Below, piece by piece: positions 50,595 to 63,222 of a stretch of DNA of 64,000 bases. The translations under genes were made by a program, and so were the position numbers. This DNA is from Lama guanicoe (Eukaryota), in assembly GCA_013239625.1 (NCBI GenBank), contig MU053810.1:3628071-3692070 (forward strand), given 5' to 3'. Position 1 is the stretch's first letter, and the number at the start of each line of letters is the position of its first letter. The notes under the pieces are model-generated. The model was not told the DNA's origin. It saw nothing but the letters and a program-made list of their open reading frames with translations, and ran no database searches.

Positions 50595-51785
50595 TAAAAG
50601 GCTGGAGACTTTTGCAACTCTTACAGCTGCTAATACAGAAGCACAAACAACAGCTTCAGTTTGGGTGTTTGATCATTCTGTCCTAAAACCCAACAGCCAT
50701 CTTCCCTTTAAGGGGTATTTCCATCCCAGCCGTGTCCTTTCAGGTCACTGCTTACTGCCATCCTCTCTGTCTTCACTCTTCTAGCCTCACACAATTATGT
50801 CTCCTTACTCAGAGTAATCTAATTCTCCATCCTCCACCTGAAACTGGACATTAACTTTCTGTTATATTCCAAAACACATTATGGTGTCCATTTAGAAGAG
50901 TCAACACAAAGAACCAGCTAAAGCTCTGAAATTCAATTTTTTTCCTTTAATATAAACAGAAATTCCTCTTTTACGGTCTCTGGAAATGGGAGAAAAATAG
51001 TGTAATAATTTGTTTTTTCTTTGACCCAAGAAAGCCCAGAGGGGCCATGAGTTTGTTATTGTTCATTTCAGCTACACATGAATGCTCAAGACCTCACAGC
51101 AGGATACACGTCTTCGTAGAGTCCTCTACTTTTTCTTTATACTGCATTGCCTTTTCCCCTGTTCCAGATTTTACCTGTTTTGCATGCTTTCATATGCTGT
51201 TTCCTTTTGCTTTCTAGTTGTTTCACACATGTAATTCCTGCTTTCCCAGAAAAGGTGTAGTGGTTGGAAAGCAGGTACTCTTCCCTGAGACTCTCAGGGC
51301 ATTGAGTATATACAGGTTCATAAGGATTCTTGTGTATTGACTAAGAATTACACTAATACATGTTATTTAATGAGCAGCTAGCATGTGCCAGACAATGTGC
51401 TAAGTGCTTTTTGTATATGATGATCCCTAATCCTCTCCTTAACCCTTTGCGATAGGTATTATACCCATTATTCAAAGGAAACTGAAATTCTAGCAGCTTA
51501 AGTAACTTGTTTGATTCTGCCTGACTAAACTGAGAAACTGCACCTGCCAGATTCTAGAATGCTTTGCTTCTTCCTCCATACCTCAGGAATTCCATTGCCA
51601 CCAATGTCGACAACTGTCTATCAGTAATGTTTTTTAAATAAAAACTCCACAGTGCACTTTGTGGGCAATGACCACATCCTTTTTTTGTAAGATTATATTC
51701 TCTTTAAGTTTCCAGACATCATTCATGTTTTATGTGCTTTTTAAAGCTCATGTGTGACTCTGATGTTTTTCTCTCTGCATTTCAG

Positions 51786-51903
51786 TTTGATCCATTAACA
51801 ATTGAAAGCAAAAATGCAGCCACGGTGATGTTATTGCTTAATTCCCCAGAAGAAGAAGTTTTGGCTGACGTGTGTGAAGCCATTTATAGATTTGCCTTAA
51901 AAG
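51786..51903 (+). CDS. ARMC3: ARMC3 coding exon (FDPLTIESKNAATVMLLLNSPEEEVLADVCEAIYRFALK-G)
   Basis: TTTTCAG| acceptor, G|GTTTGG donor, 118 nt, in phase with neighbouring exons. Confidence 0.95.
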
Positions 51904-52182
51904 GTTTGGATTTTTTCAGTTTGCCTTTCTATTTCATTAACTTCTTAAAATATTTACTACATTAGGGACCCTTTTCTCCCCAGCCTTTAACTTTCTGTCA
52001 GATGAATTCTTTCAAACAACCAGACTTTAATTTAATGCATTACCTGGAAGTACTATATCTCCCCACCTGTAATGTAGTCACTGGATAGAACAATCATTTT
52101 GAAGGTTTCACTGCAGTTTAGAAAATTGTGAATGACACAGGAGCTGAAAGAACTCCCAAGGATCAAAGCTGGAACAATTTGA

Positions 52183-52270
52183 GAAGAGAAAGAAAGAAAG
52201 GGAGGAAGGAAGGAAAGGAAGGAAGGAGGGAAGGGAAGGGAAGGGAAGGGAAGGGAAGGGAAGGGAAGAA
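52183..52270. repeat. Polypurine (GAAA/GGAA/GGGAA)n microsatellite
   Basis: Read directly from the sequence. Confidence 0.95.
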
Positions 52271-53639
52271 TTAGATTATAACCCAAAGAAGAAAATAAAC
52301 ATCTGTGAATCTACATGGATAAATGATTGAATAAGTAAACAAATGGGAGAGAAAAGACAAATCTCCAAGGCAGAAGGAAGCCAATTTAGGTAGATACTAC
52401 TCCTTCAAGGAAGTGGGATGTAACTTCCCACTTTTTAGGGGCTGTACATAGTGACATCTTCCCAAAGAGTGCAACACGGGCACAGCGGGAAGAAAGTAAG
52501 TTTCTAGCATAGAAGCCTGACCGGGTGATCAAAATCAACAGCCACAGGGATCCGTCATTTAATAATAGGTGCCCTTGACATGACATTGACAATGAAAATG
52601 ACACTTTACTTCTGTGTTATTTTCCCCCCAAAGCTATAACCCCAGCCCAAATATGGTTTTTTAAAAAATCAAACAAATTCCAACTCAGAGACATTCTACA
52701 ATGACCTAAATGGTACTCCTCAAAACTGTCATAGCTATCAAAAACCAGGAATATCTGAGAAACTGTCACAGCCAAGAGGAGCTCAGGACACACAATGATG
52801 AAATGTCACGTAGGGTCCCAGATAGGGTCCTGGAGCAGAGAAAGAACATTAGGCTAGAAGTAAGGAAATCTGAATAAACTATGGAATTTCATTAATAAGA
52901 ATATATCAATATTGGTTCATTAATTGCATCAAATGCCCCTTCTAGTGTAAAGTGTTAATGACAGGGGTGTGGGAAATATCTGTACTATCTCTGAAATTTT
53001 TCTGTAAAATTAAAATCGTTGTAAAATACAAAGTTTACTAAAACATTGTAAATATTACACATTAGATTCTATTGAAAGGTTTAGTTCATTCTGAGTGGTA
53101 ATAAAAGTAGAACTTTACTATACTATGTAACAATGTAAGTGGAAATATTTGAAGAGTTTAGCATAACTTGGTATTTCTAACAAGACCTTTTTAAGCTCAG
53201 ATGGGAGCAATTTGATTTTAAAGAAATGATACTTGAAACGTTGCTTCAGTGACTTGTATGAGGGAACAACAAATCATTCAATTAGCAAATGGTAAAATGC
53301 TCACCTGGCTAATCACCACCATCACCTCTTTAGTCATCACTGAGAATTCTGATAAAAACCAGGGTGCTGCTGGAAGGTCTGGCTCACCAGCAGATTGTGT
53401 AGACTACAGGGTCAAATTTCAGGGAGACACTGGATCATGCGTCTGTATAGCAGCATGAGTCCCACTCAGCTTTGCAGAGTCATCAGGCGTCATCTCTTTT
53501 TATGTAACAGGATTTAAAGAAATAGGTAGGCATGTACATTACATGAAATCAGTTGAAATTAGAAACTACTGAAATCAAAACAGAAATTATTGTAAGTCTG
53601 GTGTTCTCTATCAGCAGTATTTTCTGAAATATTCTCTTA

Positions 53640-55460
53640 AATGTTGGGGGTTTGCCTTCTGGCCAAGATGGAGTAAGGGGCCAAATTTACACTCCTGCCC
53701 AGAACAACTAAGAAAACAGAAAAACATGTGAAATACAAGTTAGCAAAATGCTGAATACCAGGCACTGAAGGAGCTCAACCGTTGACAGACAGGAAAGAAA
53801 GGAAACATGTCCCCTGATTATCCCCAGCTTGCCGATTTCAGAGAGTTTCCAGGCCACAGCATGGGAAGGGATAACCTGTGGTGGACCCTCTGAGTTGAGA
53901 CGATAGATCTGAAAATCCAGGCAGCAAGAGACAAAGGCTGCAAGAGTTTTCAGGACAGAGTAACAGACAGGAAAGAGTTGCACACAGAGAGAACTCAGGA
54001 GATCTGTAAAGGGTTCCACTCAGGTGTTCAGCTTGATTCACATGTCCACATGTGGGGACTAGTCAGAGTCAGACAAAGCACCCAACAGGATTAGATGGAA
54101 AGATGCCTGGTGCTCACCAAACTACATGCTGCCTTCAAGAAACGCACTTAGAATATAATGACACAAATAACTTGAAAGTAAAAGGGTGAAAAAAGGATAC
54201 CCTATGCTAGCCAGCGTTCATCAAAAGAAAGCTGGAGGGGCTGTATTAGTATCACACAAATAGAGAAAAGAGCAGTATCAGAGGTAAAGATGGCCATGTT
54301 ATAATAATAATAAAGGGGTCAGTTAATTAAGATGCTATGAAAAATCCTAAACAGTTATGTACTTAATGTCAGACCTTCAAAATCCATGAAGCTGGAAATG
54401 CAAAGAGAAATAGACACCCACAATTATAGCTGAGGATTTTGACACTCTTCTCTCAATAAATGAAAGAACCACTAGACAGTAAATCTGTAAGGATATAATA
54501 GATTTGAATAGCAATATAAATGCATTTAACCTAATTTATATTTATAGAACACTCCAAGAACAACAGAGTATATACATTCTTTTCAAGTGCATACAAGACT
54601 TGGAAAAGGGGCCATAAAACAAGACTTAATAAGTTTAAAAGAGTTCTAGTCATACAAAATATACGCTGTGCCACATTAGAATTAAGGTAAAAGTCAATAA
54701 CATGAAGAACTCTGGACAATCACTAGTTAGAAATTAGATAACACACTTTAAGTAACCTATGCGTGAAAGTCAAAAGGAAAATCTACACTGAAAATGAAAA
54801 CACAGCATATAAAGATGTGTAGGATGCTACTAAAAGAGTATTTAGAGAGAAATTTATATATTGCACTAAATGTCTGTTAGAAAACAACACCTCTCAAATC
54901 AATGACCTCAGCTTCCACTTTAAGAAAATAGAAAGAGAAGAACAAATTAAACCCAGTCATTGGCAATAAGGATAGAAATCAATGGAACAGAGAACGGAAA
55001 AAGAATGGACAAAAGCAATGAAATGGAAAGCTGGATTTTTGAGATCGATAAGAATAATAAAACTTCTAGCCAGACTGATAAATAAAAAGAGAGAAGACAA
55101 GTTATTGAGATGAAGAATGAGAGCGGGCACATCACTACAGATCTACAGATAGACTAAAAGGATAATATGAATATTATGAACAATTTGATGCCAATAAATT
55201 CTACAACTTAGATGAATTGAGCAAATTCATTTTAAGGAACAAATTCTCAAAGCTCACTAAAGAAAAAACAGATAGCCTAAAAAAAAACCCTTATCTATTA
55301 CAGAAATGGAAATCTGTAGTTAAAAACCTCAAAAAAATCCTTCAGGTCCAGATGTTCTCACTGCTGAATTATACCAAACACTTATGGAAGTAATAATACC
55401 AGTTATACACAAACTGTTTTAGAAAACTGAAAAAGAAGGAATATTTCTCTATTCTGTGAA
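53640..55460 (+). mobile_element. Old L1 fragments (5' region and ORF2 endonuclease onward)
   Basis: Decayed L1 motifs (AGAAAGCTGGAGGGGCTGTATTAGTATCA, CAAATCAATGACCTCAGCTTCCAC, GCCAATAAATTCTACAACTTAGATGAA). Boundaries approximate. Confidence 0.75.
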
Positions 55461-56617
55461 GCCACCATTTATTTAAGTATCCTAAAATTTATCCTTAAAG
55501 TTTATTTTACAAAATATTTTCATCCAAGAAATTAACTTTTAGAACTCCAATAAAATGCAGATAATATGGAAGATCTGAGAAGGACATCTGTCATAGTCAG
55601 CAATGCATATACCAGCATATTCTTATCAAGCAACAGATTTAACCACTTAGACACAGGGCAATTCCACGGGAAGGTAACAGTCCGTGTTTTGAGAACTGTG
55701 TTATCAGAATGAACCTATAACTTTAAGTACAAAATATTTTAATTTTATGAGAAAACTGAGGTGAAAAAGTTTAAAAGACTTTATTATACTCCTAAATTAA
55801 TTTTGAAAGTGAAACCTGTATTTTCATAGCCAGTGAAAATGAAAAGCTGAAATTAATCAGGACCTAAACATTATTCCGTACTTTGCAGAACGATACCTCA
55901 CTTGTCAGGATATGGATAAACTGCTTCTACAGTTAGGCTCAACTTCAGCCTCAATAATCTGGTTCTGGGGCTTTTTTTGCCAGAACTAAGGAGTACCCGG
56001 TGACCTGGATGGCTCCCCTCTGTGCATGCACCTCCCTGCTGGCTGCAGGCAAACCCATTAGGAGAAAAATGAACCCTCTAAACTCCATCACACATGCTTT
56101 AACTTGAAGTGGGGACTATGTGTGTTAATTAATTTTTATAATTAATTATGCAAGTAAGTATGATTGAGTGCCCATTATTACATGCCCGGCACTGTTCTAG
56201 GCACTGAGGTTATGAGAGAATAGGACAGACAGGGTATCTGTGTTCATGAAAGGTTAAATTATAGGGGAGTAAGCAAGTAATGCACAGAAGTCGTTAAGTG
56301 GTATGAAGAAAATAAAGCAGGGTAAAGAGAGATCAGAAAGCCTGGGATGTAGTGATGACATAGGTAGGGGTGGTCAGAGGAGACCTCTCAGAAGGTGCAA
56401 CGTGGGCTCAGGACCAAATGACAAGAGGGAGCCGGCTTTGTAATCATTTGGAGATGCAAGAGCAGCAAATGTTTAGGATACCTGTGCTCTAAAGTTTATT
56501 CTAAGAGAAATATACTTGGAAGCAGAGGAATGTGAAAGGCAAATGGCAAATCAGAAATTGGAATGACACAGAGAAGAATTTTGATGGTACTGCTATCCAT
56601 GTATGATTTTATTTCAG

Positions 56618-56743
56618 GTGAGGAAAACAAAGCAACCCTCCTTGAACTTGGAGGTGTGGAACCTTTAACTAAGCTGCTCACTCATGAAGACAAAATTGTG
56701 AGAAGAAACGCCACTATGATATTTGGAATCCTGACTTCTAATA
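56618..56743 (+). CDS. ARMC3: ARMC3 coding exon (G-EENKATLLELGGVEPLTKLLTHEDKIVRRNATMIFGILTSN-S), armadillo repeat
   Basis: TTTCAG| acceptor, A|GTAAGC donor, 126 nt, phase 1-1. Confidence 0.95.
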
Positions 56744-58892
56744 GTAAGCATCCTCTTTTAAAACTAATCAAATAATCTCATGTAACGCATTATCTTTCTT
56801 TCAAATTTAACTCTAAGGGGTCTGTTTTAATTTTATTTAAACTGACTTTAATGTTCACAAAAAAGCTAAATACATATAATGTATGATTTCACATTTTAAG
56901 GGATATTTTTAAATATAAAAATATGTGCACATATATCCATGCAAAAACTCTCAGGGTTAGTGATGTAGTATGTTCTGGTCTTACGAGTTAGGAGAGCAAT
57001 CATTGTCTCTTAAAATTAAAATAGTTTTTTCTTGAGTTAGGATAATGTAATTTGTCAGTTATATTTCATGTATATATCATTGTAAATGAAGCCCAGAGCA
57101 AAAAGTTTTGGTACATTTATTTTTTTGAAGCTGCAAGCTATATTTTGCCAACAATAAATTCAGACATGTATTTACCCCTTAAATCAGACTTATCACTTGC
57201 TTGAATATTTTCATAGATTTTAATATGTTAGAATAATAGTTAAAATGTACTGTCATGTCTATTAGAATAGCAGTTTGATCAAAACCGTGCAATTAACGCA
57301 GTCCCTGACTAATGAACAGGGTATGTTTTCCATTTGTAATTCATTGTCATGTTATAATGGTGGATTTTTGAGTTAGCCAACAAAAGCCTTGTTATTTATA
57401 ATAATGACTTTCTTGGTGGAGACTGAATTCTGCCATGCAATTCAGGCTGATAGGAATAAACCTGTCTCTCTCTACCATGGTACGTGGCTACAATCATCCT
57501 ACTTTGTCCCTTTTACCATAACCTCAGCAAAAACACAAGCACAGATTCCTCCTCCCAACTTCCTGCGCTGCCCCAGCTCACTTACCCGGGATCCTGTGTG
57601 AGACAGTAGGGGCTGCTCATTCCACGAGGTCCAGGAGGGACTGTGGCCTTGGTGTCTTTAGAGACAGTTGTGAGTGGAGGAGGGGGAGGGAGGGGAAGGA
57701 AGGAGAGCTTTGTCTGGCATCTTTGCCATTACAGCCTCTGCTGCAGAGGCTCCATGATCAGCACCTGCAGTGCTGGGGCGAGGGTACTTCATAGGGGTTG
57801 TTGGTGGAAGGAGTCCTGGGGGCAACTTCAGGAGCTCTAACGATGGCTGTGCTGAAAGGGGGGGGGGTCTCTGGGAGTATTTCCGGGAATGGCAGCAGGC
57901 TGAGGACAGTCACGGGGAAATGAATGTTCCACCAACCTAGATTATAACGACACTGGTCAGAATGCTTATCCAGTGCTTACGGTGTGCCAGGCACCATCCT
58001 GCATGGTGCTCATAAATCAAATCATCTCGTGAGGTTGGAAGTATTATTTCCCTTTCACGTGCAACTGAGGCACAGAGAAGTTACGGTGGAATTCATCTGT
58101 ATCGTGGGGCCTGCATAAATCTATCTCAGGGGCTGTCTTATAGACTGGTTCTGCCCTGTTGAATGTGTCACAGTGAATGTATTTATAACCAAAAAAGGGA
58201 AAATCTTTCATTTCCTTGTGTTCTATTCTGTGTACACACCATAGAATTTGAGAACCAAAGGTGCTTTGTAATACCTCTTGTGCAACTCCTCATTTTAAAA
58301 ATAGGAAAGATTCCTTGAAGGAATCTTTGGGTTCCTTGCCCAAAGTCATGCAGGTGGCCAGTAGCAGAATGGAGATGAGAACTAGAATTACAGTTTTACT
58401 CTCTGACTCATACTTCAGTAGACTTTCTATTCACTAAATCCTTTATGATCCCTAACATTGGTGTACATATTAAGACAGGTTCTTGTTCTAAACTGGGTGA
58501 AAAAAAATCAAACCATTACTGGGGTTAACGTACCTGATTTTCTGTTTGAACCCTCTGAACACATGAATAAAACACACGGCATCCTCAGCTGCTTGTGAAG
58601 TTCTTTTTTTTTTTTTTTTTTTAAAAGAGCCAACACACTGATAGCTATTGCTTCACTTTCCATACATGCCCAAGGAAACGTGGAATGAAACACGAGCACC
58701 CAGTCATTTGATAGAAATGAAAAGTCACGTTTCCAAACCAGTATGTAAAGAAATACGTCTCTGAAGCCACATGGTTAAATCATCCTCTTTGGGAAGACTT
58801 AAAATAACTGATGCTTCTTCAGAAATTTGTATCTTCGTATGGTTTTCATGCACATGGTGAAATCACTGTGTTCGTAGTGGATTAACCAGCAG

Positions 58893-60593
58893 AATGTTCC
58901 AACATTCCAGGTGCTAAAGGATTGCTGTGAGAACCATCTTTCCCATTTGCAGTTGCAAATAAGTAGTTTTTTTTGTTTTGGTTTGGTTTTTTTTGGTACA
59001 GTAATTGAGCTACGTGCCTGTGCCACATCTGGGTCATCAAAGATAGGCATTTAAATTACTTTGTTAACCCTTTAACCAAATGGAAGCTGCTGTCTTCTTT
59101 CACCTGCCCAGCTGGTATTTAGTTCAGTGGGGCCATATAACAGAGACTCACTTAACAAAGTCAGCTAAGGACCCTTGTGAGGAGAAGCAGCCTTGGAAGC
59201 CCGGACTGGACATAACTTTGAAGAGCCTGCCATCTTAGGAGAAGGTTGATATAAGAGTCTACAAGATCAAGAATAAATTAGATGGTCAATATTATGCAGC
59301 CAAAAAATTGTGAATAAGAATGCAGTGAAAACATACAGCATGAAGGTGCGCCAGGAAGAAAGATGCTGGTGGTTCTGAAACAAGGTAGAATTGCAGGTAT
59401 CACAGTGTTTGGCTAGAACACGTTCACGTGGTCTAACCACAAGCCCAAGTTACCGTGTCTGAGAGTGTTCTCTGGTGAGGAAAAAAGGGGACAGAGATCA
59501 ACATTATGTTCAAAGTGACAGAAGTAGTACCTTATCCATTATTTTTGCTGATTTAGCTTCCAGAAAAGACGGACTGTTTGAACAATCTGGTATCAAAAAG
59601 CAGAATAACAAATTAAACAACTGTGCCACCAGTTTACACGATCTCTCCGTGAATCTAAACCATCCATTGAGCCTTAAGAAAGTGGCACAGTGGGTTAACT
59701 TACCAGATTTGTCCTTGAACAGATTTGCACTAAATTCATATCTGGAAGGGACTTTCATGGCCCAGAGCAGACCAAGGGGTGGTGGCACACACAGATGCAG
59801 CCGGGGGCCCCTTCCTAGGGAAGCAGATCCTTCCTGCAGAGAAACACGAGCAGCAGAGTGCCCAGAGCCCGGACCTTCCTGACCTCGTGGTCAGCGTTGC
59901 AGCAGAAACTCTGGAGTATGTGGAAGATTATTTTGTACACTAAACAGAGAAAGTACCTGGAGATCTAGAAGCCCAGAAATGATTTTCTGCCAGCATGTAA
60001 AAACAGACTTTGGTATGATCTTAAAAAATCATTCCAAACAACACGGACTGGACTCGTAAGAGGCAGGAGGTAATGACAACACACTTCCAGAGGGGACAGT
60101 GAGACTTACAAGGACCTGAGTATCAGGCCAAGGCTATTATTTCTTAACCTGTGGAGGTAAAATGTGTTTTTCAGACAAGTTTCGACTGTAGAATGAAGTT
60201 CTGTACTTCCCCAGAACTCAGTTGTTCTTTTGTGCCGAAAGCCTGTTCATGTGCAGATAGCCAGCTGTAGGTCTGCTAGCCCTCCGAGCCCCTTTGAAAA
60301 GAACAAAGATGAAGCAGTTGTAACAAGTTGAGGAACAGCCATACCCCTGAATCCCACCAGGAAAGGTGTCCAGTACAAGGCAAATATATCCAGCGGTTAA
60401 CGAGGAAGAATTCATCCGGAGACCACCTGCTTCAACCGCTACAAAGTGAACTTTTCCAAACTTCCATAATGCTAATTTTGGCTTACAGGGAGGATAATCG
60501 ACCAAGAAGAGAAATTGCAAAACTGAAGTAGCAGCTATGCCTTATTTTTCAGAAAAAGGAGTTAAGGATGGCAAGAAAGAAGTAGGGGCATAA
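58893..60593 (+). pseudogene. EIF2AK1: Decayed EIF2AK1 (HRI eIF2-alpha kinase) retropseudogene in an ARMC3 intron
   Basis: Colinear remnants in HRI order: QVLK...FPFAVAN (~58910-58960); LLSSFTC; DPCE; FEEPAILGEG*Y/VYKIKNKLDGQYYAAKK (~59217-59310); WLEHVHVV; kinase insert SIIFA...QNNK; DL/KPRN; DFG (~60010); THTSR; PES..RCPVQGKYIQRLTRKNSS; LQSELFQ. Many stops and frameshifts. Confidence 0.92.
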
Positions 60594-61139
60594 CTGTTAG
60601 CTTTAAATAGACCCCTGTAAATAATACAAAAATGAACTTTAAAAAATCAATATACTTGTCTTTAAGTGTTTTTGGCATTTCTGATAACCAAATGGAATGT
60701 AAACATGATGTATTTATTGGAAAAGGCTGAGGATAATACCTACTTGCATTTTGTAGTCATTTCATTAAAAATCTAAATTTAAAAATATCCTCCCAACAAA
60801 AGGAAAAAAGAATTACTATTACATAGGAAGTAAGTGTAGGGCACAGTAACTCAACTCCACTGATGAGTGTTCTGGGCATCTTTTGCACATCCATGGTTCT
60901 CTTTTCTAGTGTTTTGGAAGGTAGTGCAGTTGAGCAATCAAGGAACACAGGCTAGAGTCTGTCTAAGGTCAGACAGACCTGGGCTTGAAACCTGTCCCCA
61001 CCACTTACTTTGAGTGATTTTGAGCCTCCAGTTCCTTCTCTGTAAAATTAGGTAAGAGATCCTATCTCATAAGGAACTATTCCACAGACACTGCCATTAT
61101 TATTAATAATAAACATTACTATTCTGTTCCTTCTTGTAG

Positions 61140-61208
61140 GTGACATTAAAAAATTGTTAAGGGAGTTAGATGTCATGAGTTCAGTGATTGCTCAGCTGGC
61201 TCCAGAAG
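61140..61208 (+). CDS. ARMC3: ARMC3 coding exon (S-DIKKLLRELDVMSSVIAQLAPE-E)
   Basis: TTCTTGTAG| acceptor, G|GTAACT donor, 69 nt, phase 1-1. Confidence 0.95.
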
Positions 61209-61447
61209 GTAACTCTACATCTTCTATCTATTTCACAAATGGGGGATGGTTTATTTTTCACATCTGATCAAACCGCCCATTGAAAATAATTTATGAAACA
61301 CCAATTGTGAATTGTCCTTAAAATCTCTCAGACCAAGATGGGCTCCAACCAAGGTGAGATTTGTGGAGCTTTGGCTTTCAAAGCATGCTTTAAAGCAATC
61401 ATTGAACAAGTCTTTACATACTTGTGTTATTTATTTTTGATACACAG

Positions 61448-61623
61448 AAGAAGTAGTTACCCATGAGTTTGCTAGTCTTTGCCTAGCAAACATGTCTGTG
61501 GAGTATATGGGCAAAGTGCAAATATTTGAACAAGGTGGATTAGAGCCTCTCATCAGACTGCTAACCAGCCCAGACCCGGATGTGAAGAAGAATTCTATTG
61601 AGTGCATTTACAACCTGGTCCAG
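61448..61623 (+). CDS. ARMC3: ARMC3 coding exon (E-EVVTHEFASLCLANMSVEYMGKVQIFEQGGLEPLIRLLTSPDPDVKKNSIECIYNLVQ); gene continues beyond window
   Basis: ACAG| acceptor, CAG|GTGAGA donor, 176 nt. The five exons total 537 nt, 179 codons with no stop. Confidence 0.95.
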
Positions 61624-62780
61624 GTGAGATTAATTTCTAAAAATGTGTGTTATGTTATAGACTATATTTCCTCACTTTAAAAAAAGGAAAAAGAACTTAA
61701 AAAATTCCAGTTTAAATTGATCAGTTCCTCTTGGTACTATTTAGTAGTTATCACTCAGAGGAGGAAAAAAATGGAAGTTTAGTGTCGATAACCTTTTAGT
61801 TTTCACATTTTATAAGTAATTGTCCCCCATGGAAGGGCATTTTAGAAATGTATTCCAATTTTAAAAGAATAGAATGGCTTGCAAATTAAGGCGCAGTTAT
61901 ACTAGATAAAATATATTTTTTCCAAAACAGGACATCTGTTATTAATGTTGAACTGATGTTGACCTGGGCAGTTACCTATTGACCTAATCTTGGTGATCCT
62001 CTCGGATGTGCCATGCACCCTGAGCCGTGTACCAAGAATTTGGATTAGGCTTGTTTGTTGGTGAAAAATCTAGTGAGTTGAGTTTTGCTCAACAGAACTC
62101 ATCGTTTGCATTTGCAAGATGCTACTTCACTGTGCTGCTTTCCTCTGTGATGGAAGAAACTGCCTCCCTCCCCCTCCTCCACCTGTCCTGTCCTATGGCC
62201 CCTCCCCCACAGCCCTCCATCCCCCAACCCGGCAGGGCACCCTCGCACCCAGAGCAGGTCAGCTCCCTGCTGCTCTGGACAGCCTCCTCTGCTTCTTTTC
62301 CTGCTCAGGCTCCTGAACAGTTCCTACTCACATTTGAGACGCTTTCAATCAATGGGAAGTACAAGACACTGTTTTAAATAGCCATGAATAGAATGTAAGA
62401 GAAGAGATATGGAAGCAAAGATGAAGGAGGGTTCACTGAGAGGCAAAGTCGCTAGACAAAATATACAGAAAAAGAGGACAAATGGGTTCATGCCAGGAGG
62501 CACCCAAAGCTTGCATTCCTGGCCACGGTGCATCCTTGCCCCGAAGCCGCAGCTGGGCACTCACTGGGGCTACCTGCGCTCTTCCTGCAGAGTCAATGCC
62601 GCTGTCTCCCTCCCCTGTTGGCTTGACTTCATCCTAGAGTCCTCAGTAATCCTGCAAATCCGGATTTGCATGTTTCATCCCAAGACTCCTTGTGAGCTCT
62701 GTTTCGCTATACTTTTTATCACGTGGAAATGAGAGGACTCACCTCCACTGGCCTTCAGAACAAGTTCTAGTTAATAGCAG

Positions 62781-63222
62781 TGTCCTCGGTTCCTAGGGCT
62801 GCGGTAACCAAGTCCCACAAACTTAAAGCATGGCTTAAAATGGCAGGAGTCTGCTCCCTCTCTGTTCTGGAGGCTGGACTTCTGAAATCTGGTGGCAGCA
62901 GGGCCATGCTCCCTCTGGGACCCTGGGTGGAACCCTTCCTTGCCTCTCCCTAGCTTTTGGGGGTGGCTGTGGGTCCCCGGCAGCCCCGGTTTCAGCTGCA
63001 CAGCTGGGGTCCTTCCCTCTGTCGGCTGTCTCTCCTCTCCCTCTTACAAAGACACCAATCTTATAAGGACACTGTTAAACATCCACCCTACTCCACCATG
63101 ACCTTATCTTAACTAATTATATCTGCAACGACCCTATTTCCAAATGAGGTCACATCTTGAAGTACTGAGGGTTAGAACTTCAATATCTATTTTGGGGGGC
63201 TACAGTTCAACCCATAGCTAAC
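62781..63222 (-). mobile_element. MLT1-type MaLR solo LTR
   Basis: GTTCCTAGGGCTGCGGTAAC...GTTCTGGAGGCTGGA...GACCCTATTTCCAAATGAGGTCACAT...GTTCAACCCATA. Confidence 0.85.

Noticed and set aside
59475..59882. 135-aa ORF as a functional protein
   Set aside because: It is an open stretch of the HRI pseudogene kinase insert that drifts out of frame and has no ATG start.
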